From: a virus
Taxonomy: Duplodnaviria; Caudoviricetes
IMG/VR virus record: IMGVR_UViG_3300033121_002300
Span: 18,084-82,083 of that record
DNA: 64,000 nt
Reading direction: 5' to 3' (one strand)
How positions within the stretch are numbered: the stretch's first letter is position 1; every line of letters begins with the position of its first letter. The notes beneath the pieces are model-generated. The model worked only from the letters and a program-made list of their open reading frames with translations, had not been told where the DNA came from and searched no databases. The position numbers and the translations under genes were made by a program. Of the stretch, positions 20,029 through 30,054 are shown one piece after another.

Positions 20029-20386
20029 TTACAGGTTCCGCAACCTTTAATAATACATCTTCACTACCTTCATCGAACCTTATTCTTGTTATTAATAAAT
20101 TACCAACGCTTTGCATTGTCATTACAATTCTTAAAAAGAAAAAAGAAATATTTTCATAAGAGTAATCTTTAGGCTTATTTTCAGTTAACCCAAGATCCAA
20201 TTCAATAGGTGAATTATTTGGGAACTTTAAATCAAAAAAGGTAACAAATTTATTTTTACTCTCAAGTTCTCTACATATTTGCTCAACTGCAAAACATAAT
20301 TGATCTGGCTTAAAGTCCTTAGATTGCAATAATAATCTTAAATTTGTTTCGTAAAACTTTTTTATATCTATTGTGGATTGTTCCAT
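19937..20386 (-). CDS. Hypothetical protein co-transcribed with the sigma factor
   Basis: 149-aa ORF downstream of an extended -10 promoter. Confidence 0.55.
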   Translation of the reverse strand: MEQSTIDIKKFYETNLRLLLQSKDFKPDQLCFAVEQICRELESKNKFVTFFDLKFPNNSPIELDLGLTENKPKDYSYENISFFFLRIVMTMQSVGNLLITRIRFDEGSEDVLLKVAEPVNEKTCAFDFKQNGIKNGFESYFGQGSEVSS

Positions 20387-20430
20387 TACCTTTTTCCTTG
20401 CACCATATTCTAAATATGAAGGTTTTCTTT

Positions 20431-20439
20431 ATTATACCA
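20431..20439 (-). promoter_or_regulatory. Extended -10 promoter (TGGTATAAT) for the sigma-factor operon
   Basis: Perfect TGnTATAAT on the - strand, 45 nt upstream of the 20386 start. Confidence 0.55.
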
Positions 20440-20489
20440 GTTCGGTGTAAAAAGAAACAGTTAGTATTATGTTAATAAGGTGAAAATGT

Positions 20490-23400
20490 ATGGCAATAAC
20501 CTTTCTTTCAGCAAAAAAACCCGGAGTTTACGTTAACCAATTCGTAACAGGGCCAACTGTTGTCACTCCAGCAGAAAGTGATCTCCCTGCCTTAATTATT
20601 GGACCTAAGGTAAACCTTGTAAGGAATAAACTTGCAGGTGTTTATGAAGGACAGGAAGTTGAAGTTCCTTTTCCTGAGTACGAGGCGGGCTCTAAAGTTT
20701 TCAAGGACAGCGTAAGGATAGTTCTTCAAAACATTATAATGGCTATAACTGAGTCAGAAAATAATACAGTTGTAGACGGTTCAGCTTCCGGAACAGGAAG
20801 AACTTTATCGGGAACAATTTTAACCGATAAAAAGCAAGACTTATCAAGCGCTCTCGTTGGCGATAGCGTAACAATAAGTTACACTATATCAAGTATTTTA
20901 TATTCAATAAAAGCCAATGTAGTTGAAGTTAATCCGGTTATTTCACCAGCATTCAATCAAGCTGTATTAGCTCCGGCAGGTGAAACTTTAAAAATAAAAA
21001 CATCAGCACATGATCCGTCAGCTGTATCAGTTCCGGTAACTATTTATTTCATAAACGGAAGCGATTTACCAGATTCAGAGGTAATAACTCTTGACAATAC
21101 TGATACCAGTACTCCAATCGCAGGACTTGAAACTTGCAAAAAAATATTATCAGTAGATGTTGGGGCTGCTATTTCTACCGTATCTTTAATAGTAACAGAT
21201 TCAGCGGATAATACTATTGTAACCATTCCAACACCAGGTGCTCAAACTTATGTATCGGCTCTGACAAGATTAACTCTTGACAAAGCTCTACCATCAATGA
21301 CATCAGGTATTACATATATAGTTACAAGAAATACAGGTAAATTTGAAGCTTTTGGAAATATCTTAAAAACAGATACCGTTAATGGATTTTCAAATGTCTT
21401 TCCTGGTTATGAAATAAAAGTAGATCATCCAACTCAAGGTTTAATCTCAGCTAAGGTAAACAAAGTAATTGACGTTGATGAAATACAATTAAATAAAAGC
21501 TTTGCTGCTGCAACAAATGTTGGATATGAAATAACTCAAAAAAATAGTAATAGAACTTCAGTTATGGGTATTCGAGCTGGGTTGTTCGCAACAGCTAACA
21601 CTGATATCCTTCAAGATGCATCAAATACCGGTTTTACTACCGTTAAAGTTGGAGATGATGTAAGGATACAAAATGGGCAAGTTATTCAACAAGCAACTGT
21701 TTTAAGTAAAATTGATAATTACAGAATTCAATTAAGCAAAAAATTTGACGCAGGTTCTATCTATTTTTCAATAACAAGACAACAGGTTTCAAATAGCCCT
21801 ATCGAATTATTCGATAAAGTTAATCAATTTGTTCTAAACAATGCAAATAGTGATAAGTATGTTGATGATAATACTTTCACAATAAAAGATGCTCTTCAAG
21901 TAAGTGGGCTTGATGGTGATATTTCCATAAAGCAAGCGGATATTTATGTTGATTATGATGCATTAAGCGTAGCAAAAGCTAATACAGTTATAGAAGTTGA
22001 AACTGATTTAGTAATTGAAGATAGAGTTGGATTAATGAATGATAAAAATCCATTAGGCTTAGCCGTTGGTATAGCTTGTGCTAATACCATTGCAAAAGTT
22101 TACGCAATACCAATTGATGATACAACTAATGCTGCATGGTTAAGAGCTTTATCAATTGCTGAAAACCAAAAGGCGTATAACATTTGTTTGTTAACTCAAA
22201 GCGGGACAATCCAAAGTTATGGAAGAACTCATGTTGACGGAATGTCTACAGCCAATAAACATGGTTGGAGAGTATTATGGATGAATCTTGAGCACCCGTA
22301 TGAAGAAACTCTTATAACAACAACCCCAAATGGGACTATTACTTATAAGACAAATTCAACTCCTTTAGATCTCACTGATGATTATATTGAGTTTTACGAT
22401 CCTTTAGGTGATTATAGTTCAGTACCAGCATCTGATACTTATATAGCTTTCTGGGAAAACGGGGAACTATTTGACATAAATGATAATCCAATAGACCCAG
22501 TGTTCCTTAAGGTCAGCGAAAAAGGTGAAGACAGCAATGTTTTAATTTGTGAAACCATAGAGTACCTTGGAACACAAGGAAAGGGCTTGTATATTCCGAA
22601 TAAAAAAGTGTCCTTAAATGCGATACCGGTTGGCCCTGGATTAGCTACCTACGATTATCAAAATAAAACATTTACAATACCTGATTCAATATGGCAAACA
22701 GCATTTGGAACAGGAACTTTTGCTACTGCTGACAGAGTGGTAGTAAACGCTCAAGTTGATGAAGACCAAGAAGGGATATTTACTGTTAGTCAGGTTGGAA
22801 GCGCAAGTCCAGCAGTTGATTGGATAATCAAAAAAGATTCAACAATATCTGAGATTGATGTAAATGATTTAGTTAATCTTCCAACATCAGCAGCTCCAAA
22901 TAAAGTTGGCTCATACAAGATAATTAAATTAAATAATTTAACAGAACAAGCTCAGGCATTGGCAAATATCGCTAATTCTTTCAGCAGTAGAAGAGTTCTT
23001 TATATAACAAATGAAACATGTATAGTTGAAGTAGATAATGTTGATAAAGAACTACCAGGTTATTATATCTGTGCAGCGTATGCTGGTTTATCATCAGGAA
23101 CAATGCCTCATCAACCGATGACTGAATTTGAAATAAATGCAATCAAGGGAATAAGAAAAGGTAATCCATATTTTGATTTAGATCAACAGGGTATTGTTGT
23201 TGCCGGAGGTGGATGGATAATGATTCAAGATGTTCCTGATAAATCATTACCTAAAGCTTGGAAGCAAACAACAACTGATACAACCAGTATTAAAACCATA
23301 GAGTTTTCTTTCACCAAAAACCTTGATGATATTTGTTATAAATTATTTGAGGATCATAAAAGATTCCCTGGAACCTCAAACAATCTACCTATAGCAAGAG

Positions 23401-23612
23401 AAGATGCAGCTTCTCAAACTGAAGTCACACTTAATGAATTAAAAAAAGACAGGGGAAGAGGGCCAAACAACGGTTATGTTGGGCCGCAAGTTGTAAGCGC
23501 AACATTTAATGGATTTGTTCCGGATCCTATATTAGCAGATACAAGTTATGCTGATATAGATCTTCAACTACCACTTGTTTGGAATGTTTATGTATTTAAT
23601 GTTAGAGCATAA
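20490..23612 (+). CDS. Contractile tail sheath protein with large Ig/beta-rich insertions
   Basis: N-terminal KPGVYV, C-terminal LPGYYICAAYAGL...PHQPMT and TTDTTSIKTIEFSF; followed by tube genes. Confidence 0.88.
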   Translation: MAITFLSAKKPGVYVNQFVTGPTVVTPAESDLPALIIGPKVNLVRNKLAGVYEGQEVEVPFPEYEAGSKVFKDSVRIVLQNIIMAITESENNTVVDGSASGTGRTLSGTILTDKKQDLSSALVGDSVTISYTISSILYSIKANVVEVNPVISPAFNQAVLAPAGETLKIKTSAHDPSAVSVPVTIYFINGSDLPDSEVITLDNTDTSTPIAGLETCKKILSVDVGAAISTVSLIVTDSADNTIVTIPTPGAQTYVSALTRLTLDKALPSMTSGITYIVTRNTGKFEAFGNILKTDTVNGFSNVFPGYEIKVDHPTQGLISAKVNKVIDVDEIQLNKSFAAATNVGYEITQKNSNRTSVMGIRAGLFATANTDILQDASNTGFTTVKVGDDVRIQNGQVIQQATVLSKIDNYRIQLSKKFDAGSIYFSITRQQVSNSPIELFDKVNQFVLNNANSDKYVDDNTFTIKDALQVSGLDGDISIKQADIYVDYDALSVAKANTVIEVETDLVIEDRVGLMNDKNPLGLAVGIACANTIAKVYAIPIDDTTNAAWLRALSIAENQKAYNICLLTQSGTIQSYGRTHVDGMSTANKHGWRVLWMNLEHPYEETLITTTPNGTITYKTNSTPLDLTDDYIEFYDPLGDYSSVPASDTYIAFWENGELFDINDNPIDPVFLKVSEKGEDSNVLICETIEYLGTQGKGLYIPNKKVSLNAIPVGPGLATYDYQNKTFTIPDSIWQTAFGTGTFATADRVVVNAQVDEDQEGIFTVSQVGSASPAVDWIIKKDSTISEIDVNDLVNLPTSAAPNKVGSYKIIKLNNLTEQAQALANIANSFSSRRVLYITNETCIVEVDNVDKELPGYYICAAYAGLSSGTMPHQPMTEFEINAIKGIRKGNPYFDLDQQGIVVAGGGWIMIQDVPDKSLPKAWKQTTTDTTSIKTIEFSFTKNLDDICYKLFEDHKRFPGTSNNLPIAREDAASQTEVTLNELKKDRGRGPNNGYVGPQVVSATFNGFVPDPILADTSYADIDLQLPLVWNVYVFNVRA

Positions 23613-23623
23613 GGAGAAAATAT

Positions 23624-24451
23624 ATGGCTGATGTATACGTAGATGATTTAATTAAGCCGTTTTTATATGCAGCCTCAACTGCATTAGAAAACTTGAATTT
23701 TTATGAACAGGTCGTTGAAAGCGATGATGATCCCAATAATGTGGCATCAAGCGAAGCTACTTTTGTTTTCTCCGGTCCACCTGTATTAAAAAGGAGTTAT
23801 ACTACTTATTATGCCCCTGACGGAACCCAAAAAAATAATCCATATGCAGCTAAGTTATTACCTTCATTACTCAAGCCAATCGGGGCGGTTCAACAAATAA
23901 ATGTTCAGGCGGGCAAACAAATAATCCCATTCAGGGAGCTCGGTTCAAAACTTTTAAGACAGGCTGCCGGTTCAACTCAGTATTCAGGTTCAATGTCAAG
24001 AGTTTTAACCAGGCAGAATAACCTAAAATATGCTTTTTACAGATGGCTGTTTGAAGGTTTAATAGGCAAAGATGATAAGCTTAATTTAGCAAGAGTTCCC
24101 TCTGATAACAATAAACAATTTATTGGGCTTGAATCTGAAGTTTATAATATTCCATTTGGACTGTTAATATTGGTAGGTTCTGCTGGAGGCAAAGTTATTC
24201 AGGCTGAATATCTTGAGAAGTGTCATATAGCATCAGATGGAAGTAGTAAGCAAGTTGGAAATACACTAATAGTTGATAATGTTCAATTTACAGTTTCTCG
24301 ATCAATACCATTTGTTCACAATGTTGGGGCTGCAACTACTAAAATATCAACAGATACAAATGTACTGAGGAGCAAAGGAACTGATGGTTCTCAGATAGGA
24401 ATGTTCGGCTTTAGTGCAACTGATTCAATTGGTGAAGTCGATCCAGTTTAG
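23624..24451 (+). CDS. Tail tube protein 1
   Basis: Directly after the sheath; PIGAVQQINVQ...IPFRELGS...GSMSRV...YLEKCHI...DNVQF pattern. Confidence 0.7.
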   Translation: MADVYVDDLIKPFLYAASTALENLNFYEQVVESDDDPNNVASSEATFVFSGPPVLKRSYTTYYAPDGTQKNNPYAAKLLPSLLKPIGAVQQINVQAGKQIIPFRELGSKLLRQAAGSTQYSGSMSRVLTRQNNLKYAFYRWLFEGLIGKDDKLNLARVPSDNNKQFIGLESEVYNIPFGLLILVGSAGGKVIQAEYLEKCHIASDGSSKQVGNTLIVDNVQFTVSRSIPFVHNVGAATTKISTDTNVLRSKGTDGSQIGMFGFSATDSIGEVDPV

Positions 24452-24514
24452 AACTAAATTGAAATATAAGTTTAACAGTTTATCTGTTAATATGTTCGAA
24501 ATCTGTGTGTGGAT

Positions 24515-24537
24515 GCGGGGGAGACCCCGCTTTTTTT
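24515..24537 (+). terminator. Intrinsic terminator after the sheath-tube 1 unit
   Basis: gcgggg-GAGA-ccccgc stem with GNRA tetraloop followed by T7. Confidence 0.85.
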
Positions 24538-24538
24538 A

Positions 24539-24547
24539 TGATATAAT
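24539..24547 (+). promoter_or_regulatory. Extended -10 promoter (TGATATAAT) for tube 2
   Basis: TGnTATAAT directly after the terminator, 25 nt upstream of the 24572 ATG. Confidence 0.5.
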
Positions 24548-24571
24548 AAGAATTATTTACAAGGTGAAATA

Positions 24572-25435
24572 ATGAATTTAAATATTTTCGATATTTTAAA
24601 TCCAGTGAATTCTTCTGGAAGAAGAGCTGATCCTTTATTAACTGAGGTTGTTGAAGATAAGGATAATTTATCTTATTTTGACCCATACAATAAAAGTGTA
24701 GAAGTTGACTTAAGTGCCGGGGATTTTATTTCAGGTGAAACAGTTCTATTAATGTCCGGGCCTCCAACTCTTGATATGGCACTAAATATATTAATCGGAA
24801 CTAAAACTAGAGTCGGGAATCCTAATGCATTAAAAACAATAGGCTTAACCGTAAATGCAAACATCCAAGATTCTAAGCAATATTCAACATGGGATGAGCA
24901 GGGATTTTCCGGATATAGGGCTGTTCCTAATAAAACCAGTACAAATTTGACATTACAGAGAGTTAGAAGTAATCATAATTCTTTAATGTATGCGTGTTAC
25001 AGGTGGTTAATTGCAGCAATGCAGACCAATCAATCAGGAGGAGTAGAACAAATTAATCACATGTTATTCGGTTCACCTTCTTCTCTTGTTTTTCAATCTT
25101 ATCCTGGATTTGTTGCTACTATAAATAACGGAAAAACAGTATTAGCTGATAGGCATTATGATAATTTAATGTCAGAATTTTTTCTTTTCCCTTTTGGGGT
25201 ATTATCATTAGAATTGGATCATTATATGAATATTGTAACTGCTTTTTATTTCGAAAATTGCAAGGCCGTGACATTATCAAGGACAATATCAGAATCTCCT
25301 TTAATAGTAGAAGGAGTTCAGATTCAAGCAACAAAAAAACTACCAGCTTTAGGTTTAAATTTTCCGGGTATACAAAAGAAAATATTTGAAATAAAAGATA
25401 CAATTGAAGAAGGATTTAAATCTATAAAACCTTAA
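24572..25435 (+). CDS. Tail tube protein 2 (paralogue; possible tube initiator)
   Basis: Aligns by eye with tube 1: ETVLLMSGPP / ATFVFSGPP; TIGL...QYSTWDEQG / PIGA...IPFRELG; LQRV / MSRV; FPFGVL / IPFGLL; YFENC / YLEKC. Confidence 0.7.
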   Translation: MNLNIFDILNPVNSSGRRADPLLTEVVEDKDNLSYFDPYNKSVEVDLSAGDFISGETVLLMSGPPTLDMALNILIGTKTRVGNPNALKTIGLTVNANIQDSKQYSTWDEQGFSGYRAVPNKTSTNLTLQRVRSNHNSLMYACYRWLIAAMQTNQSGGVEQINHMLFGSPSSLVFQSYPGFVATINNGKTVLADRHYDNLMSEFFLFPFGVLSLELDHYMNIVTAFYFENCKAVTLSRTISESPLIVEGVQIQATKKLPALGLNFPGIQKKIFEIKDTIEEGFKSIKP

Positions 25436-25773
25436 ATTCCGCCCATATTTTTTAAGGTAAAATCAATCGCTTCCTTAGCTACGGTTCTCATTTTATCGTC
25501 AATATTAACTAATTCATTGCTTGAGTTCATACTTACTTTATCAATTTTTATTTCAGGTAATTTAACAAACGGTAAGTCAATAGGCTCAGAATTAATTGGT
25601 TCAATTATTTGCTCCATATTTTTTACAACTATTTCACCGTCATCTAATTGAACTAAAAATTTATTAAGTTCCGGATTAGATATTTTTAAAGTATTAATCC
25701 TTGAAACTATTTTCCGAAGAAAATTTCTATCAAGAGGCGTTAATTGCTGCTCTAATTTCGTTACGAATTTCAT
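25432..25773 (-). CDS. Hypothetical protein
   Basis: 113-aa ORF with a 44-nt overlap with the upstream gene. Confidence 0.45.
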   Translation of the reverse strand: MKFVTKLEQQLTPLDRNFLRKIVSRINTLKISNPELNKFLVQLDDGEIVVKNMEQIIEPINSEPIDLPFVKLPEIKIDKVSMNSSNELVNIDDKMRTVAKEAIDFTLKNMGGI

Positions 25774-26623
25774 TTATCTGTAAAAACATTTTATCCCAAT
25801 ATATTCTATTATTAAGAGATTTGGAAAAAGGTACTTTTTTTCCATAAAGAGGATGATTAGAATCTTCCTGCTGAACAGCCATAATTGTTGATACGGGTTG
25901 ATTTCCCGTTTCACTCTCTTGAGCTATCTGACCAACGCAATAAAGTCTAAATGGTGGTATTAACTCTCGAAAATAGTCATTTACTTTCGGTACAATAAAA
26001 AATGAAGATGTTGTGGCTATTCTATTGCTTGGTTGCATTTTTATTACACCTTGATCTTGAACATCTTTATTATTAGCATTTTTATAATCAACCCATGCCA
26101 AAACAGGAGGATAGTACCCTCCTTCATATCCGGTACCTTCACAAGTTGGACATTTTGAACGAATACTCCCCATACTTTTATTTATTCCACAACTGCTGCA
26201 CAAAATTCCAGATGTTCTCTTTTGATAAAATAAAACCGGTATATTTACTATATCAGACACATTACAAACTAATTCAAATAAATGAGTTCTCATAACATTG
26301 AACATAGCTTTAAGCATTTTAGGATAAATAGTCATAATAGGGCTTTCAATTTTTTTGTCAGAATCTGTTACAAGTTCTATTTTATAATAATGATTTTTAA
26401 ACTTATCATAATTAAAGGTTACATGATGATAAAAATATCCATCTATTATTTCTTGATTTACCTTTACTAAACTTTCAGGATTTTCTGAATAATATAAATT
26501 AAAACCTTTAATTGGTTCTTTAACAATATTTTTCAGAAAATTTTCTTGATCTAAAATAACCCACTGTAAATCAGTATAATTAGGGGTGATATTTTGCACT
26601 ATTAAATTAACAAGCAATTGCAT
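25730..26623 (-). CDS. Putative head-closure/neck protein with Zn ribbon
   Basis: CSSC...CPTCEGTGYEGGY motif; position after the adaptor-like gene. Confidence 0.5.
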   Translation of the reverse strand: MQLLVNLIVQNITPNYTDLQWVILDQENFLKNIVKEPIKGFNLYYSENPESLVKVNQEIIDGYFYHHVTFNYDKFKNHYYKIELVTDSDKKIESPIMTIYPKMLKAMFNVMRTHLFELVCNVSDIVNIPVLFYQKRTSGILCSSCGINKSMGSIRSKCPTCEGTGYEGGYYPPVLAWVDYKNANNKDVQDQGVIKMQPSNRIATTSSFFIVPKVNDYFRELIPPFRLYCVGQIAQESETGNQPVSTIMAVQQEDSNHPLYGKKVPFSKSLNNRIYWDKMFLQINEIRNEIRAAINAS

Positions 26624-26662
26624 TATTCACCTAAAATATAAGCGGTTAACATTTTATACTCC

Positions 26663-27151
26663 TTAAAATATAGGGAAATTTGGAGGTATTGCAAATATCG
26701 AACCATTTGCTTCATTGATATTTTGCCGACCTTTTATTGTCTTCAGTTCCGTAATAACATTTGCCTCTAAACTTGCCAAAAAATTAGACAATAAAGGAGC
26801 GTTATTATGAATTGAAACCTCAATACCTGAATTATTTCCTTGTAATAAATTTTTTATTTTATAAAGAACAACATCTCTTAAGACCTCAATCATGCTTAAA
26901 CTCATCAAGAGATAAGCATGTCTCTGAGGAAAGCTTTTTGGGCTCCATGATGAATAAGGAGGAGAAGAGTTAAATCTCATTACAGCACGGCAAATAGCGT
27001 GATCATACTCCTCCGGAAGAACTAATTCATCAAATATTTCATTCCATTCAGATTTATCTTTCCAGTATTCTTTCAAATCATCTTTAGTTACAACCCATTC
27101 ATTTCTAGGTATGGATAACATACCGGTCATTTGTCTGGAATAAAAGCCCAT
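26663..27151 (-). CDS. Putative head-tail adaptor (neck) protein
   Basis: Helical 162 aa; AVMRFNSSPP and G...V.I motifs; downstream of the major capsid gene. Confidence 0.45.
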   Translation of the reverse strand: MGFYSRQMTGMLSIPRNEWVVTKDDLKEYWKDKSEWNEIFDELVLPEEYDHAICRAVMRFNSSPPYSSWSPKSFPQRHAYLLMSLSMIEVLRDVVLYKIKNLLQGNNSGIEVSIHNNAPLLSNFLASLEANVITELKTIKGRQNINEANGSIFAIPPNFPIF

Positions 27152-28608
27152 TATATATGATGCTCCCTTAATACAAAAAATGGCTCAAGAGATATTTGAT
27201 TCCTTTTTTGGGAAAACTTCATAGGATCAATATAAGCTTTTATTTTAAAATAATTTATTTTTTTTCTAATTGCCGAGAAAACATCCATCTCAGCTTTAGA
27301 TGCCAAATCTATTATCTTAACATCATCAATAACATCACCTGATAATGAGGTGCATATATCAAACACTTCTTGATTATAAGGAAGATGAACTGGTTGAAAT
27401 AAAACCTCAAACTTGTTATTTGACAATAAAGATACCCCAAAAGATTGTATACGGTTGTTTATTGACTCACTTACATAAACTTTATTGTTTAAAATAAAAA
27501 TACCAGACAAACCATTAAAATAACCTAACGTTTGATCCATTCCCAAAAGGCTTTCATCAGCCAATTTACCAAAGGTTCCAACCAATTCATTACTAGAATT
27601 AAGAGCAATAACTTTACCAATGCTTTTAGAGGTAATATACAAAATGCCGTTTGATAGCACCAATCGCTGTAAATCTCCATTTTTAATTCCTAATTTTGAA
27701 GGAAGATTAATAACACCTTTACTGGTTAATTTATTTTCCGTATTTAAAACATTTGTATCAAATTTACCAATAGAATCATCCCCATTCAATACATAAATAA
27801 AATCCCTGCCGTTAACCTGTGTGACAAACATATCTTTAGGTTCTTTTATTTCACCTTCATAACACTTTCCGGTACCACCATTTATACCACAGTAAAGAGC
27901 AATGCATTTGAACTTATGTTGATAGTCATAAACGGCCACAAATCCATTTCCGGTCGAACCAGAGGGGGCTCCATCTGAACATAACACATATATGTAACTG
28001 GAACCCAATGCAATAGCAACCGGCTTGCTTAATTTAGAGGTAGTTGTACCTATAGTACCCTCAGCCCCAGCAATGCCGCTACCAATAGATCCTGAATATT
28101 GTTTAGTCTTGGAATCATAATAATGAACTATATTATCAGACTTACTTACTATGTAATAACAAGAACTTTGTTCAGAGTAAGCTAAGTCAACTGAATCTGA
28201 ATATTCTCCGGAATTTAAATTAGAACCCACCTTACCTATATAACCTCTAAAATTTAAATTTAAATCCAATTCACAACAAGAAACATTTTCAATTAAAGAG
28301 CTGGTATTAGAAACTAATATTTTATCACCGAATAATCTTAAATTATTTGGTGATGATATAAATAAATTATCTTGCCTATTAAGCTCAACACCCCAGCTTT
28401 CTTCCAATGAAAGAGATAAATTCTGATTCACTAACCCTTGACTGATTGATTCAATACCATCAACTAAAGTAAATCCACTACTTGATACTAAATTAAATTG
28501 ATTCTCCACATCCTTAAGATGCTCAGATGTAACCTCAGGAAAAGAACTAAGAAACTTAGGACTTTTAATCAAGTTTAAAATATATTCCAAATTTAAATTA
28601 TTTGTCAT
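27151..28608 (-). CDS. NHL/beta-propeller-like structural protein, paralogue A
   Basis: LSKPVAIA, IKEPKDM, FNGLSGI...VYVSESINNRIQSF NHL-type repeats. Confidence 0.6.
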   Translation of the reverse strand: MTNNLNLEYILNLIKSPKFLSSFPEVTSEHLKDVENQFNLVSSSGFTLVDGIESISQGLVNQNLSLSLEESWGVELNRQDNLFISSPNNLRLFGDKILVSNTSSLIENVSCCELDLNLNFRGYIGKVGSNLNSGEYSDSVDLAYSEQSSCYYIVSKSDNIVHYYDSKTKQYSGSIGSGIAGAEGTIGTTTSKLSKPVAIALGSSYIYVLCSDGAPSGSTGNGFVAVYDYQHKFKCIALYCGINGGTGKCYEGEIKEPKDMFVTQVNGRDFIYVLNGDDSIGKFDTNVLNTENKLTSKGVINLPSKLGIKNGDLQRLVLSNGILYITSKSIGKVIALNSSNELVGTFGKLADESLLGMDQTLGYFNGLSGIFILNNKVYVSESINNRIQSFGVSLLSNNKFEVLFQPVHLPYNQEVFDICTSLSGDVIDDVKIIDLASKAEMDVFSAIRKKINYFKIKAYIDPMKFSQKRNQISLEPFFVLREHHI

Positions 28609-28617
28609 GATTACCTA

Positions 28618-29034
28618 TTATTGTTTAATTTTACTTTTTTTATTTCCATTACCATTATTTTTTTTAGAAGAAACACCTGTATCTGTAACTGGTAATTTAA
28701 CTTCATTCTTTATTTTAGATACATCAGCATCTGCAATCACAGGCTTCACTTCAGGTTTAACTTCAACAGTTTCTTTAACTATAACAGAATTTTCTACCGC
28801 TTTTATAATAATTCTAGGCTTAGGTGTTCCTACAAAAAATTTCATAGCACTTCCGCTCATGATATTTACCAATTCTGACTTTGAAATTTTAAGCTCTTCA
28901 AGGCTCATTTCTTTACCAGACGGAATAGAAACTCCATCTCTTAATATAGCAGTACCATAACCTATATTATGCAACTTAAACGTTACAGCATTTGGGTTAT
29001 TTAAAATATCCAACTGATTCATATTGTTCCTCAC
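28618..29034 (-). CDS. Hypothetical head-associated protein
   Basis: 138 aa directly after the major capsid gene; K-rich C-terminus; RBS gagg. Confidence 0.5.
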   Translation of the reverse strand: MRNNMNQLDILNNPNAVTFKLHNIGYGTAILRDGVSIPSGKEMSLEELKISKSELVNIMSGSAMKFFVGTPKPRIIIKAVENSVIVKETVEVKPEVKPVIADADVSKIKNEVKLPVTDTGVSSKKNNGNGNKKSKIKQ

Positions 29035-29044
29035 TTATGACAAT

Positions 29045-29077
29045 AAAATAAAAGGAGGCTGAATACTCAACCTCCTT
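29045..29077 (-). terminator. Intrinsic terminator after the major capsid gene
   Basis: - strand aaggaggttga-gtat-tcagcctcctt hairpin followed by ttatttt. Confidence 0.75.
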
Positions 29078-29095
29078 CTATTTTAACAGATTTTA

Positions 29096-30049
29096 TTAGT
29101 TAAAATCAATCTTAGCTATTGAATTAACGTTAACTATAGATTGAGCAATTACTTCTCTCATCTTAATAGATAAGATGTAATCTTCCCATTTTACGGTAGT
29201 TTCAGGTGAACCGAACTCATAGAACTTACCAAGCATATTGTTAGGACCAAAACCATAAAGAGTTCCTTCCTGAACAATATCAGAATTAAGAGTGGTAATC
29301 CACTTTAAGTTAAATAAGTTTTTGTATTTACCATCATCACCCATTAATCCCTTTGTAACTAAATCTTGCATTATACGTGAACCAACAAGGGAATTTTCCC
29401 AAGAAAGTATATCAGAATAAGTAGCTTCATGGCAAAGCACAGTCACAAGAGGTATTCTCATTCTGTCAAACGCTTTTTTAAGCAAAGCTATATCATTTGG
29501 CTTAATTGAAGAATTTGGTGAATTGATAATATTTCCAGAAACAGCAAGGCATCTTTCAACTTGTTCCATAAATCTTCCATCTTCAACAGCAAGGAAGTCA
29601 TTTCTGATAACACCCTCAATATATTGTCTAATAGGAATAGGACTGTTTATAATCTGATTTTCAGACATCTTAAATGTTCTACTTACCAGAGGGTTAAATC
29701 TAATCCTATGTAATTTAGATGTATACCAGATGTCTTTACTAGGCTGTAACCAGTCACTAGCTGAAACAAGATACCCATTTATCGGATCTTCAACCGGAAC
29801 GAACTTAGTTAGAACGTCAGGGTTATAAGGGTCACGATTTAAATCTTCACGAGTACATTGCTTATAATCAACAATTTGTCTTGAAAAACCATCTTCACGA
29901 ACAAACTTGAAGATCATTTCCTCATTTACAGTTTCAGCAATTTTCTCAAGACCTTCTTTTCCACCATGTTTAGCTAAGTTTAGAAGCTTTTCATTTTCTA
30001 ATTCAGCTTCAGTTAATTCATTTGCCATATTTTTTGTCTCCTTTTTCAA
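29096..30049 (-). CDS. Major capsid protein (HK97-like fold, putative)
   Basis: Size; last gene of the protease-scaffold unit and followed by a terminator; FVREDGFSRQIV motif; N-terminal LEKIAE motif. Confidence 0.75.
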   Translation of the reverse strand: MKKETKNMANELTEAELENEKLLNLAKHGGKEGLEKIAETVNEEMIFKFVREDGFSRQIVDYKQCTREDLNRDPYNPDVLTKFVPVEDPINGYLVSASDWLQPSKDIWYTSKLHRIRFNPLVSRTFKMSENQIINSPIPIRQYIEGVIRNDFLAVEDGRFMEQVERCLAVSGNIINSPNSSIKPNDIALLKKAFDRMRIPLVTVLCHEATYSDILSWENSLVGSRIMQDLVTKGLMGDDGKYKNLFNLKWITTLNSDIVQEGTLYGFGPNNMLGKFYEFGSPETTVKWEDYILSIKMREVIAQSIVNVNSIAKIDFN

Positions 30050-30054
30050 CTTAA

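Noticed and set aside
20490-25435. Stand-alone eCIS/tailocin locus (sheath plus two tubes)
   Set aside because: Portal, terminase, protease and major capsid genes are present, so a full phage is more parsimonious
25730-25773. Frameshift fusion between the neck gene and the overlapping 113-aa ORF
   Set aside because: 44-nt overlap but no slippery sequence; a simple overlapping start is sufficient
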